This document shows positions 55,226 through 64,000 of a stretch of DNA of 64,000 nt, one piece after another. Positions within the stretch are counted from its first letter, which is position 1, and the number at the start of each line of letters is the position of its first letter. Position numbers and translations under genes: made by a program. Under the pieces are notes generated by a model. The model did no database searches. It was not told where the DNA came from and was given only the letters and a program-made list of their open reading frames with translations. The stretch is from Thermococcus sp. (GTDB lineage: Archaea; Methanobacteriota_B; Thermococci; Thermococcales; Thermococcaceae). The stretch covers positions 43,797-107,796 of the forward strand of contig NZ_JALVAO010000068.1 of the NCBI RefSeq assembly GCF_027011145.1, written 5' to 3'.

Positions 55226-55561
55226 TCAACCCACCGGTCCGAGTGGATGGGGAAACTTGACGACTATCTCAACGTACTTCTGGATGACCGTGTATAGGAC
55301 AAGGGACATGATGTATGACGAAAGCAAAATGAGCTCGTTCATCTCAAAGATGTGCCTGGCGAGTTCCTTTGCCCTCGGCGTGGCGTCAACGATGGTTCTC
55401 ATGTAGCGGACCTTCCAGTTCTGGTTCATTACTATGAAACTGACAAGGAACAGAACGCCCACTAACCCCCACATTTTGCCAAAGGCCAGCATAAGGAAGA
55501 GCGTCGAGGTCATGACGAGCCATCCACCGATGACGCCGAGCAGGATTACGAACTCTATCAT
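55226..55561 (-). CDS. Small membrane protein (hypothetical), immediately upstream of thiI
   Basis: 111 aa, 3 TM helices. CTTTTTTATCTTAA lies about 35 nt upstream. Its stop is 3 nt before the thiI ATG. Confidence 0.45.
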   Translation of the reverse strand: MIEFVILLGVIGGWLVMTSTLFLMLAFGKMWGLVGVLFLVSFIVMNQNWKVRYMRTIVDATPRAKELARHIFEMNELILLSSYIMSLVLYTVIQKYVEIVVKFPHPLGPVG

Positions 55562-55599
55562 GGCTATCGTCTTTGCTTGGGTGATTAAGATAAAAAAGT

Positions 55600-56208
55600 T
55601 TAGATGAACTTTGTTACATCTTCAATACCCTTCTTTCTTTTCCTCGGCTTCGGTTCGTTCTTGGGATAGCCAACGGGAATGACGCCAACGAGGTAGTAGT
55701 TCTCATCCAACCCGGCCAGTTCCCTTACCCTCTCCTCTATCCCCCTGAAGTTCGTAACTCCGACGTAGACTGTGCCAAGGCCGAGCTCAACTGCCTTGAG
55801 CATGAGGTTCTGGATTGCCATAGCAGCACTCTCAACACTCCAGATGAACTCCACCTCGTCGAACTCTTTTCCTGGAAGAAACCGGACGCGCTTATCTATG
55901 AACACCGCAATGTAAACCGGTGCCCTGAACATGCCCTCTTCGTGTATTCTCTTCCTGAGCTTTGCTATCTTTTCCTCGGGTAGTTTGACAGCCTGATAGT
56001 AGACCTCCATACCCTCAGCAATGAGCTCATAGAGCTTTTCTCTTGCTTCCTTGTTTCTAAACACAACAAAAATCCAGTTTTCAAGTCCGCTCGCCGTTGG
56101 GGCCCGAATTGCACTTTTGATGAGCTCCTTAATATCTTCCTCCGCAACAGGTTTCTCGGAGAAGTATCTAACGGAGGTTCTTCTCCTTATAGCCTCCTCC
56201 AGTTCCAT
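55600..56208 (-). CDS. Nitroreductase family protein
   Basis: ORF trimmed to MELEEAIRRRTSVRYF after GAGGTGGG. Contains APTASGLENW and shows nitroreductase-fold conservation. Confidence 0.8.
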   Translation of the reverse strand: MELEEAIRRRTSVRYFSEKPVAEEDIKELIKSAIRAPTASGLENWIFVVFRNKEAREKLYELIAEGMEVYYQAVKLPEEKIAKLRKRIHEEGMFRAPVYIAVFIDKRVRFLPGKEFDEVEFIWSVESAAMAIQNLMLKAVELGLGTVYVGVTNFRGIEERVRELAGLDENYYLVGVIPVGYPKNEPKPRKRKKGIEDVTKFI

Positions 56209-56303
56209 GTTCCCACCTCTCCTCATTGGAGATTCGTTTATTAATCCCTTTTCAAAACCAAAGGTTTAATAGAAAAGCCGAGAATTTCCCTTCGGTGAAA
56301 AGC

Positions 56304-57017
56304 ATGTACGGATGGAGAGGAAGGCTCGGCCTTATAGTCCCATCATCGAACACCACTATGGAGATGGAGCTTCACGATTACCTCCCGGAGGGCGTTTCGC
56401 TCCACACGGCGAGGATTCCCCTCAGAAACGTCAACGAAGAGGAGCTCGTAAGGATGAACACTTTGGCCGTTGAGAGCGCCAAGCTCCTTAGAGATGCCGG
56501 GGTTGAGCTGATTCTCTACGGATGCACCAGCGGTTCCTTCATCGGAGGAAAGGACTACGAGAAAAAGCTTGAGATGGAAATCGAAGACGAGGTGAACGTC
56601 CCGGTTGTGAGCACGAGCACGGCCGTAATAGAGGCCCTCAAAATGCTCGACGTCAGGGAAATCCTCGTGATAACGCCCTACACCGACGAGATTAACCAGC
56701 GAGAGAAGGAGTTCCTTGAGGCGAACGAGTTCACCGTTCTGGACATCAGAGGGCTCGGCATTGAGGACAACCTTGAGATTGGCAAGCTCGAACCCTACAC
56801 GGCTTACAGACTCGCCAAGGCGAGCTTTACCGATGAAGTAGAGGCGATATTCATAAGTTGCACCAACTGGAGAACCTTCGAGATAATTGAAACGCTCGAA
56901 AGGGACCTCGGGGTTCCGGTTGTCACGAGCAATCAAGCTTCCCTCTGGCTCGCGCTGAGGGAAATGGACGTCATGGACAGGATTCCAAGCCTCGGGAAGC
57001 TTTTTGTTGAATTTTAA
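56304..57017 (+). CDS. Asp/Glu/hydantoin racemase superfamily protein (maleate isomerase/arylmalonate decarboxylase-like)
   Basis: ORF trimmed to MYGWRGRLGLIVPSSNTTME. Two catalytic-type Cys contexts, YGCTSGSF and ISCTNW. Confidence 0.75.
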   Translation: MYGWRGRLGLIVPSSNTTMEMELHDYLPEGVSLHTARIPLRNVNEEELVRMNTLAVESAKLLRDAGVELILYGCTSGSFIGGKDYEKKLEMEIEDEVNVPVVSTSTAVIEALKMLDVREILVITPYTDEINQREKEFLEANEFTVLDIRGLGIEDNLEIGKLEPYTAYRLAKASFTDEVEAIFISCTNWRTFEIIETLERDLGVPVVTSNQASLWLALREMDVMDRIPSLGKLFVEF

Positions 57018-57084
57018 GGCTTTTTCTGCCTTATATTTCAAAACGAAATCCTTTTAAGAAGCATACTGAAAATTCCTATTGATT

Positions 57085-57101
57085 ACTCACTGAAGGTGAT
57101 A
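57085..57101 (+). promoter_or_regulatory. Weak Thermococcales-glycolytic-motif-like element (ACTCAC-N5-GTGATA) before pfkC
   Basis: The right half-site is exact, the left is 4/6, and the spacing is N5. The right half coincides with the SD-like GGTGATA, so this may be fortuitous. Confidence 0.3.
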
Positions 57102-57104
57102 CAA

Positions 57105-58487
57105 ATGATGGAGCTCCTCAATGAGGCGAGAAAGCTATCGATGTTCACCGCTTACAATGCGAACGTTGATGCGATAGTATACCTCAACGGGGAAATGATT
57201 CAGAGGCTTATAGATGAGTTTGGGGCCGAGGCAGTGAAAAGAAAAATGGAGGAATTCCCAAGGCAGATTGAAGAGCCCATAGACTTCGTTGCAAGACTCG
57301 TCCATGCCCTCAAGACAGGTAAACCTATGGAAGTTCCCCTCGTAAACGAGGAGCTCCAGGGATGGTTTGACTCCCGCTTTAATTATGACGTCGAGAGAAT
57401 CGGTGGACAGGCTGGAATAATAGCGAACCTCTTGGCAAACCTCGACTTCAGAAAGGTCATCGTTTACACCCCACACCTTGCAAAGAGACAGGCGGAGATG
57501 TTCGTGAGGAAGCCAAACCTGTTCTACCCAGTCGTTGAAAACGGGAAACTGGCCCTCAAGCATCCGATGGAAGCCTACCGGGAGAACGACCCGATAAAGG
57601 TGAACCGTATCTTTGAGTTCCGCGCCGGAACGACTTTCAGGCTTGGAAACGAGACTATAACCGTTCCCTATTCTGGTCGCTTCATAGTCTCGGCCAGATT
57701 TGAGAGCATAAGGATTTACACGAGGCCCGAGCTAAAGCCTTTTCTCCCCGAAATCGGACTCCAGACGGACGGTGCAATCCTCTCCGGCTATCAGGGGATA
57801 AGACTGCGCTACTCCGACGGAAAGGACGCCAACTATTACCTGAGGGAAGCAAAGAAGGACATACTCCTCCTTAAGAGAGAAAAGGACCTGAAGGTTCACC
57901 TTGAGTTCGCATCAATCCAGAACCGCGAGCTGAGGAAAAAGGTCATTTACAACCTCTTTCCCCTCGTTGACAGTGTCGGGATGGACGAAGCCGAGATTGC
58001 CTACGTCCTGAGTGCCCTCGGCTATTCGAAGCTGGCTGAAAGGATATTTACCTACAACCGAATCGAGGACACTGTTCTGGGCGGGAAAATCCTCATAGAC
58101 GAGATGAACCTCGAAGTCCTGCAAATCCACACGATTTACTACCTGATGTACATAACCCACGCCGACAATCCCTTGAGTGAGGAGGAGCTTAGGAAGAGCC
58201 TTGAGCTGGCAACGACTTTGGCTGCGGCAAGGGCTTCGCTCGGCGACATAAAATCGCCAGAGAACTTTGAAAGGGGACTAGGCGTTCCCTACAACGAGCG
58301 CGGGGAATACGTTAAGCTCAGGTTTGAAGAGGCCAAAAGACGGCTAAGAACGAAGGAGTACAAGATAGTGATAATCCCGACGAGGCTCGTGAAGAACCCG
58401 GTTTCAACCGTCGGGCTCGGCGATACAATCTCAACCGGAGCCTTCACAAGCTATCTTGCCCTCTTGAGGAGAAAGGGGGCACTCTAG
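57105..58487 (+). CDS. pfkC: ADP-dependent phosphofructokinase (ADP-PFK/GK family)
   Basis: ORF trimmed to MMELLNEARKLSMFTAYNANVDAI, which is the PFK-type N-terminal motif (glucokinases have GYNTNIDA, from memory). Also ERIGGQAGIIANLL and a C-terminal GLGDTIS. Confidence 0.75.
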   Translation: MMELLNEARKLSMFTAYNANVDAIVYLNGEMIQRLIDEFGAEAVKRKMEEFPRQIEEPIDFVARLVHALKTGKPMEVPLVNEELQGWFDSRFNYDVERIGGQAGIIANLLANLDFRKVIVYTPHLAKRQAEMFVRKPNLFYPVVENGKLALKHPMEAYRENDPIKVNRIFEFRAGTTFRLGNETITVPYSGRFIVSARFESIRIYTRPELKPFLPEIGLQTDGAILSGYQGIRLRYSDGKDANYYLREAKKDILLLKREKDLKVHLEFASIQNRELRKKVIYNLFPLVDSVGMDEAEIAYVLSALGYSKLAERIFTYNRIEDTVLGGKILIDEMNLEVLQIHTIYYLMYITHADNPLSEEELRKSLELATTLAAARASLGDIKSPENFERGLGVPYNERGEYVKLRFEEAKRRLRTKEYKIVIIPTRLVKNPVSTVGLGDTISTGAFTSYLALLRRKGAL

Positions 58488-58508
58488 TCAACCATCGGGC
58501 AGTTAATA

Positions 58509-59345
58509 TCACTCAAGGAGTCCCTCAATCAGCTTTGCCTTTTCCTGGGCTTTTTTCAGGTGCTCAACGGTGACCTTCGTGTAAATTTGCGTCGTTGAGA
58601 GGTTTGAATGACCTAAAAACTCCTGAATGGCCCTGATATCAACGCCCCTTTCGAGCATGTGGGTTGCAAAGCTGTGGCGGAGCCTGTGGGGGGTAACCTC
58701 AACCCCTGCCCGATTCCCGTATTTCTTCAGGAGGTACCAGACGGTCTTGGGTGAGAGCCTGTCCTTCTTCCGTCTCCTCTCCTCAACGAGGAGGTACTCG
58801 CTTTCGTCTTCCCTGCTTTCAAGGTATTCCCTTATGGCATCGCTCAGAAAAGCCGGAATCGGGACGACCCTGTCTTTGGCCCCCTTACCACCGCGGACAA
58901 CCAAGAGGTTCCTCTCTATGTCCACATCGCCCTTCTTCAGGTTGCAGAGCTCGCTGACGCGCAAACCGGCCCCGTAGAGCAGGAGAACTATCAGCCTGTC
59001 CCTCTTCCTTGTCGGTGGAATTACCGAGAGGAGCCTCTTGACCTCCTCCCGGGTTAAAGCCTTCGGCAGACTCCTTGGAACCTTCGGTGGCCTCAGCTTC
59101 TCGGCTTCCTCGTCGTAACCCTCAAAGCGGAAGTAGGCGCGCAAGGCCTGAACAACGAGGTTAAGGCTTCTGTTGGAGTAGCCTTCCCTCCTGAGTCTGG
59201 CCAAAAAACGCAGGGCGGAGCGAGCGTTTATTGTCCCGCCCCACTCAAGGTATCGTCTAACGTAGTAGGAATACATCCTGATTGTGTTGGGACTCTTTCC
59301 CTCGAGGTCGAGGTATGTCTCGAACTCCTCTATGACTTCGTCCAT
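58509..59345 (-). CDS. xerA: Tyrosine recombinase XerA
   Basis: 278 aa. N-terminus [27 protein letters not shown], and a catalytic region [39 protein letters not shown]. Confidence 0.85.
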   Translation of the reverse strand: MDEVIEEFETYLDLEGKSPNTIRMYSYYVRRYLEWGGTINARSALRFLARLRREGYSNRSLNLVVQALRAYFRFEGYDEEAEKLRPPKVPRSLPKALTREEVKRLLSVIPPTRKRDRLIVLLLYGAGLRVSELCNLKKGDVDIERNLLVVRGGKGAKDRVVPIPAFLSDAIREYLESREDESEYLLVEERRRKKDRLSPKTVWYLLKKYGNRAGVEVTPHRLRHSFATHMLERGVDIRAIQEFLGHSNLSTTQIYTKVTVEHLKKAQEKAKLIEGLLE

Positions 59346-59355
59346 AGCTCAGACC

Positions 59356-60249
59356 TTAAAGCAGTTCGTGCGGCTTGAGCTCGGCCTCAATGATTTCGAG
59401 TTCTTCCCCGGGTTTCTCCGTGGGCTCGATCTTTTTGTCTTCCTGCTCTTCCCCAGTTTCCGCTTCATTAGCTTTTCCTTCAAGGCCCTCCTTTATGGCA
59501 AGGCTCAGATAGACGGTTTTCATCAGCTCCTCGACGAGCTCTCTGTCCTCTGCAAAGACGTAGCCCTGTCCGACTATGACCTTTCCAGCCAGCCCAAGTT
59601 TCTCGACGGCTATAGCAAAAATCTTCTCGTCCGGGACGGGTTCTGCCGGGAACAGGTTCGTCCAGGCCTCTTCAATCTTAACGGGCCTGCTCTTCTTGTC
59701 GAGGAGCTCTCTAAGGCCTTCGTTCTCGTTCCTAAGCCTTACGTACTCAGCATGCAACTCCTCGTACTTCTTCTGGAGCTCTTCGTGCTCCTTGTAGAGA
59801 CTCTCGTAGTCGCTTGCCAGCTGGTCGTACTTGCCCTTGATATCAAGAAGCTGTTTCCTCAGCTCCATGTACTCGGGAAGAACCTGAAGGCTCTTCAGCC
59901 CCGCCCTTACGAGGGTGTTCTTGAGCTCCTTCCTAACGAGTTCAACGTCAACGTGCTCTAAGTCGTGCCCCAGGGGGAGTTTCATTCTCTCGATGTGGCC
60001 GACCATTTCGCCGAGCTCGTTGAAGAGCCTCTCGGCAAGTTCTCTTCCAACCCTGTCCGCGTCGGTGGCTATTATGAGCAAATCGGCACCTGCCGCGGCG
60101 CTTTTTGCTATCTCCACGTTGGTAGTAGGGATTATGGCTGAAATCGTTATGTTGTATTCACTCCCCAGAGCGAGCCCCTGAAGTGCCTTGCTGACGACTT
60201 CAACGTCGCTCGCTCCTTCAACGAGAATCCTAACGTCCACTATTGCCAT
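59356..60249 (-). CDS. TOPRIM-domain protein with a central coiled coil
   Basis: ORF trimmed to [15 protein letters not shown] after GGTGGTGA. Glu (VEGASD) and DxD (ATDADRVG) TOPRIM motifs, then about 90 aa of heptad-like Glu/Leu/Lys-rich sequence and an acidic tail. Confidence 0.6.
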   Translation of the reverse strand: MAIVDVRILVEGASDVEVVSKALQGLALGSEYNITISAIIPTTNVEIAKSAAAGADLLIIATDADRVGRELAERLFNELGEMVGHIERMKLPLGHDLEHVDVELVRKELKNTLVRAGLKSLQVLPEYMELRKQLLDIKGKYDQLASDYESLYKEHEELQKKYEELHAEYVRLRNENEGLRELLDKKSRPVKIEEAWTNLFPAEPVPDEKIFAIAVEKLGLAGKVIVGQGYVFAEDRELVEELMKTVYLSLAIKEGLEGKANEAETGEEQEDKKIEPTEKPGEELEIIEAELKPHELL

Positions 60250-60292
60250 GCTCACCACCGTCAATAATTCTCTCCCCGGTTTAAAACCGTTC

Positions 60293-61003
60293 TCATAGTT
60301 CAACCTTCAGGGAGGGTCTCTCGAGGATAACCTCTCCGGATGGAGACAGCGAGATGGAGAGGCCCTCAATCCTAACTCCCTCCCTAACGGCCTCTCTCAG
60401 GAGTTTTGCTATAATGGGGTCCCCTTTCTCGTAGGGCCTGAACTTCTCGACACCTGGCATTGCTCCGATGAAGAATATTATGGCCTTTTTGCCGGAGCGG
60501 GCAAGTTCCATGAGCTCACGTATGTGCCTCTGCCCCCTCAGGGAGGGACAGTCAGGATACATGGCGTATTCTCCCCTTTCACCTCCCCTCAACACGGCGC
60601 TCTTCATTTCACCGTAGAGCTCTCCGCCGGGACAGGCAAAGAGGTAGTCGAGCCTTGAGTTGCCGACTCGAACTTCTTTCCTCTTTATCACGCAGTCCCT
60701 TAACCATGGAATCAGGTTCAGTTCCACGGCCTTCTCGAAGGCCTTAGCTTGCGTCTTCGTGTCTATTACCGCTCCCTTTCCCCCTAAGTCTTCAAAGGCC
60801 AGCAGAACGAAGTCCGTCTTTCCACCGCTCTTTGGCAGGCAGAATGCCCTTCTTCCCGGAACCATGAACTCCTCCAGGCGACCGGTGTTTGTGACGAGGG
60901 CTTTCTTGAGTTCTCCTTGCACTTCAACAAGGGCCACAAAGCGGTTGAGCCTCTCAATGAAAGTGCAGGGGATGACGTTTAGTTTTAGCAAAACATCTCT
61001 CAT
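60293..61003 (-). CDS. sfsA: SfsA (sugar fermentation stimulation protein A; OB plus PD-(D/E)xK nuclease fold)
   Basis: ORF trimmed to [28 protein letters not shown]. Contains NTGRL and RLDYLF...EMKSA. Confidence 0.8.
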   Translation of the reverse strand: MRDVLLKLNVIPCTFIERLNRFVALVEVQGELKKALVTNTGRLEEFMVPGRRAFCLPKSGGKTDFVLLAFEDLGGKGAVIDTKTQAKAFEKAVELNLIPWLRDCVIKRKEVRVGNSRLDYLFACPGGELYGEMKSAVLRGGERGEYAMYPDCPSLRGQRHIRELMELARSGKKAIIFFIGAMPGVEKFRPYEKGDPIIAKLLREAVREGVRIEGLSISLSPSGEVILERPSLKVEL

Positions 61004-61049
61004 GATGCCCCTTAGGAGGCTAGAGATATAAACTTTAACCATCACATTT

Positions 61050-61084
61050 TTATCCAGAAACTGGATAATCCAGATGGTGGATAA
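61050..61084. promoter_or_regulatory. TTATCCAG-N3-CTGGATAA inverted repeat plus a third TGGATAA half-site in the sfsA/ATPase divergent promoter
   Basis: Perfect 8-bp arms at 61050-61057 and 61061-61068, and a third half-site at 61078-61084 directly before the ATPase ATG (61087). Confidence 0.35.
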
Positions 61085-61086
61085 TA

Positions 61087-62439
61087 ATGAAGTTCTACGA
61101 CAGGAAGGACGAGATGGAGACATTGAAGAGAGCCCTTAAACTCTCGGATTCCAGGCTTGTTGTTGTCGTTATTACTGGACGGAGAAGGGTAGGTAAGACG
61201 AGACTCGTCAGGGAATTCTTCAGGAGGGAGGGCATTGGTTTTCTGGACCTGTTTGTAGGCGTTAAGGGTGAGAAGCTCCTCATGGAGGACTTTGCAAGGG
61301 AAGTTGAGCGCTTAATGGGCTACTCCCCAAAGTTTGATAACTTTGGTGAGTTCCTGAGATACCTTGAGCGCCTCGACGTGAGAGCAGTCTTCTTCGACGA
61401 GTTTCAAAACGTCCTGCGGGTGAATCCCTCCATGGCCTTCGAGCTTCAGAGGTTCATAGACCGCAACGAGTCCAAGCCCTTGTTGCTCGTAATCTCCGGT
61501 TCCTACATCGGTATGATGAAGCGCCTCTTCGCATCGAGGAAAGCGCCCCTCTACGGCAGGAGTACTGTTTTTATGGAGCTTAAACCACTTCGACCACGCC
61601 ATGTCTTTGAGATGCTAAACGACTTAGGCATCAGAGATTCCGGGGAAAAAATGGCCTTTTACGCGGTTTTTGGAGGAGTTCCCAAATACTACGAACTCGT
61701 TGAACTCCTCGAAAAGAAAACTCTTCGTGAGCTTCTTGTCGAGGCTGTCAGGTATTCCACGTTCCTGGTCTCGGAGGGGGAAGGTCTCCTAATCGACGAG
61801 TTTGGACGGGCTTACAAGACCTACTACTCAATCCTCAGAGCAATAGCGAGCGGAAAGAACAGGCTCGTGGAGATTGCAAACCTCCTTGGAATGAAGCCAG
61901 GAAGCCTATCTAAGTACCTTGATTCCCTTATAGATTATTACGGCATCGTTGCCAGGGAAGTTCCGGTGCTTGGTGGCAGGCGCTCGAGGTATGTGATAAG
62001 AGACAACTTCCTAAACTTCTGGTTCAGCATGATTGAACCCCAACTTAGGAACATTGAAGCAGGCGACGTTGATTCCTTTAGACGCTTTCTTGGGGAAAAC
62101 CTCAATACTTTTCTCGGAAGGGCATTCGAGAGGGTTGTTGCTGACGTTCTATGGGACCTGAACGGAAAAATATTCACCTTTGATGAACTTGGACCCCAGT
62201 GGGGTAGGGGATACGAGATTGACCTCGTTGCGGTTAATAAAAAGGAGGAGGCAATTTTCATAGAGACAAAGTGGGGAACTTCAGTGGACGGTCCGAGGGA
62301 GATTGGCAAACTAATCGCCAAGGCTAACCTTGTCCCCTGGAGAGGGGAGAAAAGGTTTCTCATAATAGCTAGGGGCTTTCGGCGGAAGTGTGATGACTGC
62401 ATAACCGTTGAGGAACTCCTCTCACACCTAAACCCTTAA
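61087..62439 (+). CDS. Archaeal ATPase (Arch_ATPase/AAA) with a C-terminal DUF234-type nuclease-like domain
   Basis: Walker A GRRRVGKT and Walker B FFDEFQ. The C-terminal YEIDLVAV...IFIETKW resembles D...ExK. Confidence 0.8.
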   Translation: MKFYDRKDEMETLKRALKLSDSRLVVVVITGRRRVGKTRLVREFFRREGIGFLDLFVGVKGEKLLMEDFAREVERLMGYSPKFDNFGEFLRYLERLDVRAVFFDEFQNVLRVNPSMAFELQRFIDRNESKPLLLVISGSYIGMMKRLFASRKAPLYGRSTVFMELKPLRPRHVFEMLNDLGIRDSGEKMAFYAVFGGVPKYYELVELLEKKTLRELLVEAVRYSTFLVSEGEGLLIDEFGRAYKTYYSILRAIASGKNRLVEIANLLGMKPGSLSKYLDSLIDYYGIVAREVPVLGGRRSRYVIRDNFLNFWFSMIEPQLRNIEAGDVDSFRRFLGENLNTFLGRAFERVVADVLWDLNGKIFTFDELGPQWGRGYEIDLVAVNKKEEAIFIETKWGTSVDGPREIGKLIAKANLVPWRGEKRFLIIARGFRRKCDDCITVEELLSHLNP

Positions 62440-62463
62440 AAGCACATTACGATGACTATCTAA

Positions 62464-63522
<1,059 letters not shown>

Positions 63523-63585
63523 TCCCCTTAAATTTATAAAGCTCCTCCCAAACTTTTTTTCAGTATAGGACAAGGGTGTCCAGCG

Positions 63586-64000
63586 ATGGAATCAAGAATT
63601 TCAGAAATGCCCTTTTCAGGAGACTGGGAAGCCGTGAAGTGGGTAACCTCTAAACCAAAGGAGCTCTTCAGGTCTCTGCCCTTTGAAGCCGAGGTCTCAG
63701 GGGTGGAACCGTTTGATGTTGAAATACGTCTCAAGAGAAAACTGCTTAAATTTGAGTTTCTAGGGAAAATGAACATAGCCTTTGCAGATTCAACGGCCAC
63801 ATACATCATGAAAGGCCCCAAGGGTCTTTTGATACTATCTTTTTCTGTTAGCGGAGACAAGCTCATTTCTCGGGCCTCTGCTGATTTGGTCGAGCGCTTT
63901 CTCAGTCGAAAATTAGAGATACTTGCAAAGGGATTTGGTCTTTCCGTCTGTCGTTTCTCTGAAAGCTATCGGAGAATCGTCGGAAAAATCCTGCCAACTG
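63586..64000 (+). CDS. Hypothetical protein (partial; runs off the window)
   Basis: Not in the ORF track. ATG 63586 opens a frame to the window end (MESRISEMPFSGDWEAVKWVTSKPKELFRSL...). AATTTATAAAG lies about 50 nt upstream. Confidence 0.4.
   Translation, partial: MESRISEMPFSGDWEAVKWVTSKPKELFRSLPFEAEVSGVEPFDVEIRLKRKLLKFEFLGKMNIAFADSTATYIMKGPKGLLILSFSVSGDKLISRASADLVERFLSRKLEILAKGFGLSVCRFSESYRRIVGKILPT

Noticed and set aside
58509-59345. The tyrosine recombinase as the integrase of an integrated mobile element
   Set aside because: Its sequence is XerA-like throughout and the neighbours have backbone composition. I saw no tRNA gene, att-like direct repeats or viral/plasmid genes nearby.

Overview
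This is a densely coding archaeal chromosomal segment. Gene content, SD-like GGTGAT/GGAGGTG motifs before most starts and leaderless-looking promoters point to Thermococcales, probably a Thermococcus with a mid-50s % GC backbone. Housekeeping genes include CDC48/VAT with Hsp20, the methylmalonyl-CoA mutase large subunit, PGK, ADP-forming acetyl-CoA synthetase alpha and beta, full-length ThiI, ADP-dependent PFK, XerA, SfsA, EndoIII, Amt and an M42/TET peptidase. Accessory material is interspersed among them. (i) A low-GC GH1 glycosidase plus Opp/Dpp-type ABC importer island lies at 1-7.5 kb. (ii) A decaying variable region at 7.5-19.5 kb holds four GNAT genes or remnants, two MFS genes, a broken nitrilase-family gene, and a membrane protein-ArsR operon followed by three intact CPBP/CAAX intramembrane proteases. 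(iii) Three paralogous beta-propeller-repeat proteins are present: two are secreted and sit in low-GC islands (one with a CGP C-terminal anchor, one with four PEGA domains), and one is cytosolic. (iv) A THUMP-less thiI paralog shares a 62-nt near-identical stretch with full-length thiI. A VapBC pair lies between the two, and a broken cysteine-synthase-like gene lies downstream of the short copy. (v) Other items are a cluster of GC-rich stem-loops between hsp20 and cdc48, two tandem 49-aa paralogs, an Mrr-like nuclease-domain protein with a long repeat region, a PadR-FeS-ABC-2 operon, and an XerA-TOPRIM-SfsA/AAA-nuclease-like neighbourhood. I recognised no rRNA, tRNA, CRISPR array or transposase. 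No single candidate stands out as a clearly novel system; the CPBP cluster and the thiI-paralog locus are my best leads. All domain calls come from reading the translations, because no searches could be run.
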